Shown here: positions 21,001 through 31,220 of the stretch, one piece after another | How positions within the stretch are numbered: the stretch's first letter is position 1 | How the letters are laid out: every line of letters starts with the position of its first letter | Source of the DNA: an uncultured Planctomycetota bacterium | GTDB taxonomy: Bacteria > Planctomycetota > Planctomycetia > Isosphaerales > Isosphaeraceae | Direction: 5' to 3' | Assembly: GCA_963823665.1 (NCBI GenBank) | Contig: CAWGMQ010000003.1 | Coordinates: forward strand, 64,001 to 128,000 | DNA: 64,000 bases | Notes under the pieces: model-generated | The model's input: the letters and a program-made list of their open reading frames with translations, nothing else | What the model was told of the DNA's origin: nothing | Databases searched by the model: none | Made by a program: the position numbers and the translations under genes

Positions 21001-22374
21001 GCGAGGGCAAACGGCTGTGGTCGCAGCCGCTTCACTTCGAGCCCAATTCAGCCGGCGAATTGCGAATCGCCGACCTCGACGGAGACGCCCGCCCGGAAAT
21101 CGTTGTCATGGAACCATTCCCAAAGTCGAGCCCGAACGAGCTGCAAATCCGTGCGTGGAGCGGCCGCGATGGCAAGCCTCGCTGGGTCTGGCACACCGCC
21201 GCCGACGTGCAGACCAATCGACCGCGCTTCGTTCTGGCGGAGCTCGATGGCAACGGCAAGACGAATGTCTTCGTGAGTTTCAAAGACTCCGCAAATGTGC
21301 ACCGGTTCGTGGTTCTTGACGCCGCAGGCAAGGAGCGTGCACGACGCGAGATGACCGGAGATTACTTCAATGTCCTGGCTGCTGCTGATCTCCGCGGCAA
21401 CGGCCGCGACGAGCTGTTGGTGTGGTCAGCCGATCGGCTCCGCGCCTGGAGCACCGCCCTGCACGAATCCTGGTCCTGCGCCCGATCTGCTCGCGAGCGT
21501 CGATCAGGTGCTTCCCGGCTCGCCCGGCCAGCCCGCGTCATTGGTCGTCACGCCGGGACTCATCCTCGACGGTACGACCGGCCACCCGCTTTGGTCGGGC
21601 CAGGGTCCTCTGACCTACACGCCGGGCCAGTCGGAGCCGGCACTCCTCGACCCAGGAAATTCCGCGCAGCCTCCGCTCTGGATCAGTCAAGCACTAGGCG
21701 CGACCGTCTGTCGCGTGGCCTTGCCCGTGACGGCCCGAGGAGAAATCGGACCGCCCCGCGGCATGCTTGTCCAACCCGGCCGCATCCCGATTGACCCGCG
21801 CTGGACGCGGCCGCTTCCCTGGCTGGCCAGGCTCAAGGGCCCTTTCGGCCCATGGGGCTTCCTCGCCGCGGCTGGCCTTGCCTTTGTCAACGTGTTCGTC
21901 CCGCTTTCGCTTCTCCGCCTCGTCGCCGGCCGGCGTCGTTTCAGCATCCGCGCCCTCATGGCCCTGCCCATCGCCACCGCGGTTCCGCTGATGGCATTTC
22001 TGTTGCTCGAGCCCGTTCTTCCAGTGGACTCGCTGCCCTTGATCGCATCCGAGAAACAGATCTTCACCGCCGGCACCCTGGCAGGTCTTCCGATCGTCTT
22101 TTGCCTGGTATCGATGGCCAAAAGCGTGGCGCACCTGCGCTGGAAACCCGCCGCGGCGTTGATCCTCCTGACCGCGTTGATTTCACTCTCGATCGCCGCC
22201 GTTTGGCTCTGGTCTGACAAGCGGTCAATGTCATCCATGGAGCGTTACGACCCCTCCGGCTGGTACCTCGTTCTCCTCCCCGGTATCACCGCCTCCGGAT
22301 TGCTGATGTTGATCGCCGTGACGCTGAGGGCAACGTCGACGTTGATCGCGCGCAAGAGACGCAGATCCCCGTAG
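18068..22374 (+). CDS. Membrane-anchored FG-GAP/PQQ-like repeat protein with C-terminal multi-TM region, no kinase domain; frameshifts ~20610 and ~21480
   Basis: Many DLDGDG..D and SGRTG..LW repeats; N-terminal TM; C-terminal hydrophobic helices; colinear with the non-kinase part of 22516-27836. Confidence 0.85.
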
Positions 22375-22392
22375 GGCCCGCCCTTGCGGACC
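22371..22392 (+). repeat. GTAG REP-like hairpin overlapping a stop codon
   Basis: GTAG-GGCCCGC-CCTT-GCGGACC; related copy at 32912. Confidence 0.65.
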
Positions 22393-22515
22393 GTCCCTTG
22401 TCCACAATCCCCCCGCACCCGCGTGACATTCGCCACCGTTCCGGCCCTAATATCACGGAAAGCTTGAGGAATCCCGCTCAGGTCCCAATCAAGCCACTGA
22501 AGGAATCAACCAATA

Positions 22516-25500
22516 ATGACCGAGCCCGGTGACACGCTGGCCCAGCCCGGTCCCAAAAATCCCCACGAGCAGGAGACGGTCCCTCCATCCGAATCGGCCG
22601 CCAACCTCGCCGCGATCCTCGACCAGTACATGGCCGACTTGAGCGCCGGCAACGCGCCCGAACGGAACCAACTGCTCGAGGCCCATCCAGCCCTCGCTCC
22701 GCAGCTCGAAGCTTGCCTTGCGGGCATCGAGTTCATCAACCGAGCAACCGGGGCGGGCACGGCGAGCGCCGAGCCGCCTGTCCTCGGCGACTTCCGCCTC
22801 ATCCGAGAAATCGGCCGCGGCGGCATGGGCGTCGTCTACGAGGCCGAGCAAACCTCGCTGCACCGTCGCGTGGCCCTCAAGGTCCTTCGCTTTGGCGTCT
22901 CCGACGAAGAGGCCATGAAGCGATTTCGCCGCGAGGCCGAAACGGTCGCCCGGCTGCACCACACCAACATCGTGCCGATTTTCGCCGTCGGCTGCGAGCA
23001 CGGCGTCCATTATTACGCCATGCAGTTGATTGAAGGCCAGAGTCTGGCGGACCTCCACGACGAGGCCCGGCGCTCGGCCAAACCGCTACCGCAGGAGGAC
23101 GTCACTCGCTGGTGCCTCCAGGCCGCAGAGGCCCTGGCGCATGCCCACCACCGCGGCGTCATCCACCGCGACATCAAGCCCTCGAACCTGCTGATCGACG
23201 TTGACGGGGTTGTCTGGCTGACTGACTTTGGGCTGGCCAAGCACGCCGACGAGGTGACGCTCACCGCCAGCGGCGCCCTGATGGGTACGCCTCGGTACAT
23301 GAGCCCCGAGCAGGCTGAATCGGTCCGGCGCACGATCGACCATCGTACCGACATCTATAGCCTGGGCGCATCACTCTACGAGCTCGCCACCGGCCGGCCC
23401 GTGTTCGAATCAACTTCAGCGCATCACGTGATCATGCAGATCCTGACCGAGGAGCCCGCTCGCCCGCGCCAGTTGTGCCCGAGCCTGCCGCGCGACCTCG
23501 AGACGATCATCCTCACCTGTCTGCACAAGGACCCGGCCCATCGTTACCAGTCGGCCCAGGCACTCGCCGATGACTTGCGAGCCGCGGTCGAAAACCGCCC
23601 CATCTGGGCCCGGCGCGTTCCCCTCTTCGAGCGTGTGGTGCGACATGTCCGCAAGCGCCGGAAATCCATCCAGAACACCGCGATCGCCACGGCGGCAACA
23701 CTGCTCGTTGTGCTCACCGCCTTCGTGAGCTGGCGCTATTACTCCGAGTGGCGGCTTGGCCGGATCGTGCTCTCGACCGACGGCCCGCCCCTGTCCGCCC
23801 AGATGCTTTCCGAGCAGGGTGACGCGCCTGTCGGCGAGCCGTTCGACGTAGGCACGCAAACCGTCGTGAGCCTGCCGGCTGGAGACTATCGCGTTCGTCT
23901 GGGCCATGCCGGACGCATGACCCAGACGTACCGCATGGGCATCCATCGCGGCGAGACCCAAATGCGCTCGGTTTCCCTGGGCGAAAACCGACTGCTCGGA
24001 ACCGAGCCGATCCCCTTCTCATTCAACACGCAATCCCTCGTCTTGTCGCCGGGCAAGGCTGACTTCGTCGAATGGGACGGCCAGAGAATCCTTCGCCGCG
24101 ATGGATTAACCGGCAAGCCCGTCTGGGATACGTCGCACCCTTCCAAGCCCTGGGAACAAAAACGCGACCCGGCCGCATGGCTCCGCCGGCTGGCTCGGTA
24201 CGGTGAAGACAAACCCCCCGGAAAACTGCTTCAGCCTGCGGCCGACTTGAACGGTGACGGTACCGCTGACCTGCTCTGGGCGATCTACGGCACGCCCGCG
24301 CTGCTGGCGCTCTCCGGCAGGGACGGCTCTCTGCTCTGGACATTCACAACCAATCCCGACGGACCCGCTTCGTCTGGACCGGACGATCCGGTCCCGGTTC
24401 TCGGCCATGTCCTGGGCGAGCCGGCAGCAGCCGATGTCGACGGCGACGGCACTGCCGATGTGGTCACAATGTTCGCCATCGCCCACGATTCCAAAGGGTT
24501 GCTCGCGCAGCTTTCCGGTCCCAACCGGATTGAACGCTCTTTCTTTTGTCATCTCCAACGGACGTCGCATCCTGACCGCTGTCTCAGGCCGCACCGGGAA
24601 GTCGCTTTGGAACCTTTCGCTCGACCAAAAGCCGATCAACCTGGTGAATGCGAGCACCGTCGACCATGGTGCCACAATCATCCGTGACCGGTCCGGTCCG
24701 CTCGTCGCCGTCGAGAGCGGCTCACAATGGATCGCGCTCGATGCCGCGACCGGAAAACCGCGCGGCCGGCCGATTGACCTCGGCTTCGACCAGTTGCGTC
24801 TGGTGGGCTTCGAACCGGCGCGGCCGATGCAATACGCTGAGCTCGACGGCGACGGGACACCCGAGTTGCTCGTCCTCGGGCTTGTGGAACAAGCCCGCAC
24901 GGTCGAGCTAACGCTCGTTGCCTTCTCGATCGCGACCGGAGAAAAGCTCTGGTCGGAACCGGTCCAGAACGGATACAGCGGCCAGGGCCCGAGCTTGCCC
25001 GCCGAATGGCCCGCCGTGGCCGACTCCGATGGCGACGGCCGGGCCGAGGTCATCGTCCCCTTCTGGGGCCCAAACTGGCTCGACGCAGACCAGGGCGGCG
25101 TCAAAATGCTCGACGGCGCTACCGGTCGAACCCGATGGGCTCGAGTATTGTGGGCTTCCGCCAAGCCACCCACTGCCGTTTTCCACATCATCACCGGCCC
25201 CGACCTTGACCATGACGGCACCCGCGACTTCATCGTCGTCTCCCGATTCGAGGGCCGAGTTCCCTTGATGCGCGGTAGCGACGGAAATCGGCTCGAGCCG
25301 AGACAGGTCTTTCTCGACGCACTCTCCGGCAAGGACGGCCGGAAGCTCTGGTCCTGGCACCTGGACTTGGGCGAAAACGCGTCGCCCGTGCTGGGACGGC
25401 CCTTCTGGTGGTCGCGCGGACCTGACGGCTGGCCGTTCCTGGCCTTCCCGACCGGAGGCAATATCAAACCCGCGATATCCCAGGTGATGTTCCCCGTCGA

Positions 25501-27836
25501 ACAATCCGAGCCACCCATTGTTCATCTCCTGTCTGCTTCGAGCGGGCAGGAATGCCACACGATACCCGCACTTTCCTGGCCCAGCCTGGCCGACCTGGAC
25601 GGCGACGGACTGGACGACCTCTGGGGAGCCGTCGAGGGTAATCTCACCGCGCTTCGAGGCGAGATGCCCGAAGCCTGGCGCGCGCTTGGCGAGTATCAAC
25701 CCGCCGGCGACCTTGACGGCGACGGCTCCAGCGACGTTGTGAGCATCGACTGGACACCTCCCGGGGCAAAGCCGATTGCCACTCTCGCCACTGAGTTTGC
25801 CGTTGCCCGCTCGGGTTGCGACGGCAAGCTGCTCTGGCAGGAACTGATCTCTCCCGCCCAATCGCTCGCATCGAAATTCGACGTCCTCTCGATGCCGCCT
25901 GAGAGTCCGCCGGAGTCACTGCGCCTGGCGAGCTAACCCGATCGCGATACATCCTCGGCAACAGCCCTCGTTCCTCAGGCGACTTCGACGGCGACGGCAC
26001 ACCCGACGTCGTTATCACCACCGCGCGGTGGGAGAACTGGGCCAATCCACCGAGAGGAATCTCAGACAACCTGCCCGTCCAGCTCATCTCCGGGCGCACC
26101 GGACGGCACATCTCACAAGCGCGCGGTGTAATGAATATATGTAGTTTCGACGTATGGTCCGTCGGCCGCGACGAGCCGCCGGACATCTTCGCGCTGCACA
26201 TTGTTCCAGTCGGCGACTCAGGCATTGGCCTCCCTCGGGGGGGTATGACGGAAAAACAAGCCCGCCTGGCGCGGATCTCTGGCCGCCAGGGCGCACGCTC
26301 TGGGACGTGCCCATCGTCGAAGTAGAGAGGTTTGTGGCAACCGAGTTCTTCATCTATGCGCGCCAGGCCGGCGATCTTGATGGTGACGGCGGTCTCGACA
26401 TTGTCCTGGCGGTCGCGGCGACGTCCCCACCCGCCCGGCCAAGGGTGGAGCTGCGTGCCATCTCGCTTCATGACGGCGCGCCGCTTTGGTCTTATCCCGT
26501 CCGATTTCAGGATGCCGGATATTCGGCCTTCCTCGTGGGCGACCTGGACGGCGACGCCAAAGCCGAGGTCGTGTTGAAAGATCGGCTTGCTGACGGTGCC
26601 GCTGGTATGGAGGTCACGGCGCTCGACGGGCGCGACGGCTCGGCTCGCTGGACCTGGCGCGGCGGTGACCACTGGGACGAAAGAGCGCAGGGTCACTTGC
26701 CGTTCTGTTTGATCAACCTGGAAGGCAATGGCCGCCGCTCGGTCTGCTTGAATGCCGGCACGTCCACTGGCACGCGGCGACTCGTGATCCTCGACGCACA
26801 GGGGAAGGAGCGTGCGGCTCGTGACCTGGCGTTTTCGTCCTTCCCCAGTGTGGCGAGCATCCGCGCCGGTCGCGATGGCCGCGAAGTGATGTTAACCTGG
26901 GAAAACGGTCGTCTTCGGGCGAGCACGCCAGACCTGAAGGAACTGTGGTCGTGGCCGTGCCTGGGCTCGAACCGCGACTTCCTGCCCTTACCGTCGGGCC
27001 GGCCGGTCGTCGTGATCGAGAACCCGCTCGTCGGGATTGACGCGGCCAACGGGCGTCCAATCTGGGCCGGAGGCTTGTCGCGCTCACTGCTCGAAGATGC
27101 ACGCAACGGCAGTCTCCCCCGCGTGCTGAGCGGCCCAAAAGGCGCAACCGTTTGCCGCACTTCCCTGCCCGTCTCGCCGTCCGGCTCCTACGCATCGGTC
27201 CTGGGCGAGCCTCCCACCGCTGCACCCGTGATCGCTCGCGACGACCAGCGATGGAAACGCCACTTGCCGTGGTTGGCTCGAGGAAATGTCCTCCTGGGCA
27301 TGCTCGTTCTCGCCTTCCTCGCCTTGATCAACATCGTCGTGCCCTTGACGGTTCTGCGCTTCGCGACGCGAAAGCGCCGCGGGAGCATGATGTTGTTGCT
27401 GACCTTACCCATCGTCGTGGCGATTCCGCTGGCGACGTTCCTCGCCATGAGCAGAACATTGAAACCCCCGCTGGAGGAACCCGCAACCTGGTCTGCCATG
27501 GCACAACTGGCATTGAGCTCTCTGGGCGGCCTGCCGGTCCTGGCGTTCGCCGTGCTGGCCGGCCGTTGCTGTGTGCGCCGCCGCTCGCGACGATTGACGT
27601 GGCTGGCCGGTCTGACCGCAATTGCCTCGCTCCTGATCGCAGCGGTTTGGATGTGGTTCGACATGAAGTCAATGGTCGCGCTTGAGCACTACGCGTGGCG
27701 TGGCTGGTATCAGATCGCGCTCCCGGGCGGCTACGCCGTGGGAACACTGGCGCTCGTCGCCTGGCTCGTGTCATGCGCGTGGGGGTTGTTGAAAAGGATG
27801 TTGCGCCTGCGAGTCGCCAGCGCGAGCCCATCGTAG
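22516..27836 (+). CDS. Ser/Thr protein kinase with TM, FG-GAP repeat ectodomain and C-terminal multi-TM region; frameshifts ~24540, ~25920, ~26290
   Basis: GRGGMGVVY, VALK, HRDIKPSN, DFGLA, GTPRYMSPEQ, DIYSLG, followed by DLDGDG repeats across four ORF segments. Confidence 0.9.
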
Positions 27837-27893
27837 GGTGGGTGAAACCCACCGTTTGCTGATTTAACCATAGGTGGGTATCACCCACCCTAC
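27833..27893. repeat. Inverted REP doublet (REPIN-like)
   Basis: GTAG-GGTGGG-TGAAA-CCCACC at 27833-27853 and an inverted copy GTAG-GGTGGG-TGATA-CCCACC at 27873-27893. Confidence 0.85.
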
Positions 27894-27903
27894 GAGACAC
27901 ACG

Positions 27904-28491
27904 ATGAGCCAACCCGAACCCGACTCCAATCGCCCGGGCATCGCCGCGCTCGAGCGCCACAGAACCTGGCTCGGCCTGCTGGCGCGCCTGCAAGTCGACG
28001 CGCGATTTCGCGCCAAATTCGATCCCTCCGACGTCGTCCAGCAGACCTTGCTCGAAGCCGTGCGTGATTTCCGCAAGTTCCGCGGCCGCACCGAGGCCGA
28101 GCTGGCCGCGTGGCTGCGGCAGATCCTCGCGCACGTCTTGCTCCACCAGGCACGTCATTTCGCTGGCGCCGCGAGGCGCGACATCCACCGCGAAATCTCG
28201 CTGGAGCAGGCCCTGGCCGAATCATCCCGGCGCCTCGCCGATGCGCTGGCTGCTCCGATCTCTTCGCCCAGCGAGCGCGCCAGTCGCCACGAGCTCGAGC
28301 TGCGCCTGGCCGACGCCTTGTCTCGCCTCCCCGCCGATTACGCCGAGATTATTCTCTTGAGAAACGTCGAGGGCCTCTCGCACGAAGAAGCCGCCGCCAG
28401 AATGGGCCGCGGCGTCGGAGCCGTCCGCATGCTCTGGGTCCGAGCCCTCGCCCGCCTGCGCCAGGTGATGGACGTTTCTGCCGAGGAATGA
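27904..28491 (+). CDS. ECF sigma-70 factor, planctomycete kinase-associated type (TIGR02984-like)
   Basis: DPSDVVQQTLLEA, FRG.TEAEL.AWLRQIL, RRDI.RE.SL, SSPS, LP.DY.EIILLR..EGLS..E.A.RMGR...AVRMLW.RAL. Confidence 0.9.
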   Translation: MSQPEPDSNRPGIAALERHRTWLGLLARLQVDARFRAKFDPSDVVQQTLLEAVRDFRKFRGRTEAELAAWLRQILAHVLLHQARHFAGAARRDIHREISLEQALAESSRRLADALAAPISSPSERASRHELELRLADALSRLPADYAEIILLRNVEGLSHEEAAARMGRGVGAVRMLWVRALARLRQVMDVSAEE

Positions 28492-28594
28492 AGGGCGACC
28501 TAGTCGATCCGGGAAGAGTTTCACGCTCGCCGTCCCCTTAACATCAGAGCACAAGGGCGAAACCCATCTTTATCGGCACGGAGGCCACCGTCCC

Positions 28595-29872
28595 ATGACC
28601 CTGGCATGGTGCGTGCTTGCAATTGCCTTGGCAGGCTCGGACAAGACGCCTGCCGCCAAGGCTAGCGAACCCGAAGAAATCTGGCCAATGCGCCTTCGGG
28701 AAGCGGTGGATTTCGGCCTCCGGGAATGCCCATCCATCCGCGTGACGTTCGAGCCCGGCTGGCGTCCACTCCTTTGCTTTCCCGAAGGACCGACCGACGA
28801 GATCGGTCGCCGGCCCGTACCGAAGGGTGCCACGCCGTCATCCATCGTCGTCGAGCCGGTAGACGTCCACGCAAGCCTCCCAAATATCAAATCCGAGGTG
28901 ACCTCGAACGTTCGATCAGTCGAGCGCGAATACTGGCATCTGGCCGTGCGCCACGTCGAGCTCTGGGCAGCCGACCGGGCTGTCAATCACGCTCTCGATG
29001 TTAAAGCGGTCGAGGAAGCTTTCGGAAATCCCGCCTGCCCCCAAGACTTCGACGACTACACCACAATCCAACGGCGGCTGACACAATTCGCAAAAGACCT
29101 CCGCGATCGAACCGCCGATGTGATCGCGGCCGAGCGGCAGCTCCGCAACCTAATCGGAGTACCGGAATCTGACAACCGCCGCATCATCCCGATCACCCCA
29201 CCGGCCGAGGCGCCCCTCGCTTTCGCTTGGGGAACCTGCCTCGACAGCGTCCCAGCCAACCATTCGTTTGTACCTCGACCAAAGGCACTCTGCTGCACGC
29301 CCAAGCCAAACTTGATCGCGGCGCTCGACGAATTCGACGAGATTCCCCCGAAGCAAATCTTCCGCATCGAAGACGAGGTTTGCCTCGCACGGTGGTGCTT
29401 GGCCCTTCCGCCTCGAGCGAGTGGCTTTAGTTGTTGCTTTGGCGAACCCTCCCGGCTTCCACCCCAACCGCTGGTCTTGCTCCGAAAGCGCGCTCGCCAT
29501 TCGCCCCCGTTATTTGATCGCGCGGTACTCGAGGCACAGAGCAGTTACACGCACTATGCAACAGCGAAGCGCCTGCGAGTCACCGCCGAGGCTCAGATGG
29601 AGGCACAGCATTCCCTTTGGTACAAAGGCCTAACCTCGGCCGCTCGCTACCTCGACGCCGTCGAACAATTCACGACTGCAGTCGCAACTGCGTCGCGTGA
29701 ACTCCATGCTTTCAACCTGGCCGTTTCCGCTGTGAATCAAATTCAAGGAACCATCCTCGACCAGCACGAAATCATCGTCCAGGAGCCGACAGCGCAACAC
29801 GCCGCGTCCGACGGCGAAGCGATTAACACACGCAGCACTCGTTTCCATCTCATGGAGGAGAAGATCCAATGA
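28595..29872 (+). CDS. TolC-like outer-membrane efflux family protein (planctomycete type, divergent)
   Basis: WPMRLREAV..GL, VRSVEREYWHL, AERQLRNLIG.P..DNRRIIP; paralog of the next gene. Confidence 0.6.
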   Translation: MTLAWCVLAIALAGSDKTPAAKASEPEEIWPMRLREAVDFGLRECPSIRVTFEPGWRPLLCFPEGPTDEIGRRPVPKGATPSSIVVEPVDVHASLPNIKSEVTSNVRSVEREYWHLAVRHVELWAADRAVNHALDVKAVEEAFGNPACPQDFDDYTTIQRRLTQFAKDLRDRTADVIAAERQLRNLIGVPESDNRRIIPITPPAEAPLAFAWGTCLDSVPANHSFVPRPKALCCTPKPNLIAALDEFDEIPPKQIFRIEDEVCLARWCLALPPRASGFSCCFGEPSRLPPQPLVLLRKRARHSPPLFDRAVLEAQSSYTHYATAKRLRVTAEAQMEAQHSLWYKGLTSAARYLDAVEQFTTAVATASRELHAFNLAVSAVNQIQGTILDQHEIIVQEPTAQHAASDGEAINTRSTRFHLMEEKIQ

Positions 29873-31080
29873 AACTCGCATGGTGTGCGATCGCGCTGGC
29901 GCTCGCCGGTGCCGGTGAAAAGGACAAGGAAACCTGGCCCCTCACCTTACGCGACGCAATCCGAATCGGCCTCGACAATAGCGAAATTGTCCGCGTCATT
30001 TTCCAGGGCAAAGCCGCCATCCCCATCGGCAATTGCTTCGGCCCACCGTGCGCTGCAATCCCGCCCATCCCGATCGACCTTCCCAAGGGCATACAGATTG
30101 ATCGCTCGTCGCTGGTCATTGGCCGACTGAATGCCGATGTAAGCATCCCTCGCTTCGAATCCGCAGTGATGGCAGACATTCGCTCGATCAACCGCCAGTA
30201 CTGGAGCCTGGCCGAAGCCTACGCCGCGCTCTGGACAGCCGCGCAGACCGTCCACTTAGGGCAGGAAGTTGTCAGTATCGAGCAAGCGAATCTAACGCTG
30301 CCGCACGGCGGTATTGCCGACGTCGCCGAAGCCGCCCAGCGACTGGAGGCATTCCAAAAAGTTCTGGCTAGCCGAAAGACCGAAGTCCAAACCTCCGAGC
30401 GCCAGCTCCGCCAGCTCCTGGGCCTTCCCCAATCCGACAACCGCCAGATCATCCCCGTCGATCATCCGACCAAGGAACACGTCGTTTTCGACCGAACGGA
30501 ATGTCTCGAAGCCATGATGCAAGAGCAGCCCGACGTCGTCCAGCAGAAGGTAATTGTAGATCTGGCCATCCAGAAGTTGACCGAGGCGCGAAGTGCGATC
30601 AGGGCCGGTTCGACAAATCCCTTAGCTCATCGCGACAACGACGTGAAACTCGCCTCGGACCAGCCATCTCCGAGGTCGAACCATCCCCTCGCGAATACTC
30701 GCGCGGCGCAATATGCCGTGATACGCGCACAGGAATTCCTGGACCAGGTCATCCAACAAACCACGCAATCCCTGGACAGAGCCGTCCGTGAGGTCGAGAC
30801 CGAATGCCAAGGCTACGCAAAAACCAGACGCTTGCGAAGTGCGGCTGAAAAGCGCCTCGAAGTGCAGCGAGCATACTGGGAAGAACGCCGGATCACTGCC
30901 GACCGTTACCTTGACGCCGTCGAGCAATACACCACTCTCCTGACCAGCGAGCAACACCACCTGGCCGCCTACAACGCCGCCCTCGCCGTCGTGAGCGAAT
31001 GCAAAGGCACCCTGCTCGAAGATCAAAACATCGTCGTAACCGAGTTCTATCCCGTTGCCCGTGCAAGAGCCCACCCGTAG
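29869..31080 (+). CDS. TolC-like outer-membrane efflux family protein
   Basis: WPLTLRDAIRIGLDNSEIVRV, RQYWSL, ERQLRQLLGLP, DRYLDAV, KGTLLE; ATGA-type overlap with the previous gene. Confidence 0.7.
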   Translation: MKLAWCAIALALAGAGEKDKETWPLTLRDAIRIGLDNSEIVRVIFQGKAAIPIGNCFGPPCAAIPPIPIDLPKGIQIDRSSLVIGRLNADVSIPRFESAVMADIRSINRQYWSLAEAYAALWTAAQTVHLGQEVVSIEQANLTLPHGGIADVAEAAQRLEAFQKVLASRKTEVQTSERQLRQLLGLPQSDNRQIIPVDHPTKEHVVFDRTECLEAMMQEQPDVVQQKVIVDLAIQKLTEARSAIRAGSTNPLAHRDNDVKLASDQPSPRSNHPLANTRAAQYAVIRAQEFLDQVIQQTTQSLDRAVREVETECQGYAKTRRLRSAAEKRLEVQRAYWEERRITADRYLDAVEQYTTLLTSEQHHLAAYNAALAVVSECKGTLLEDQNIVVTEFYPVARARAHP

Positions 31081-31098
31081 GTCAGGCTTTAGCCTGAC
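31077..31098 (+). repeat. GTAG REP hairpin overlapping a stop codon
   Basis: GTAG-GTCAGGC-TTTA-GCCTGAC. Confidence 0.85.
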
Positions 31099-31220
31099 GA
31101 TTCTCATCGCACAAGCGATCCCCGATCCGCAGCTCATCGCCCACAATTGATTCTCCCGCGCCACCCATGTATCCTCAGCGAAAAGTCCTTCACGTTCACC
31201 ATTGAGTCCGCGCCACACCA

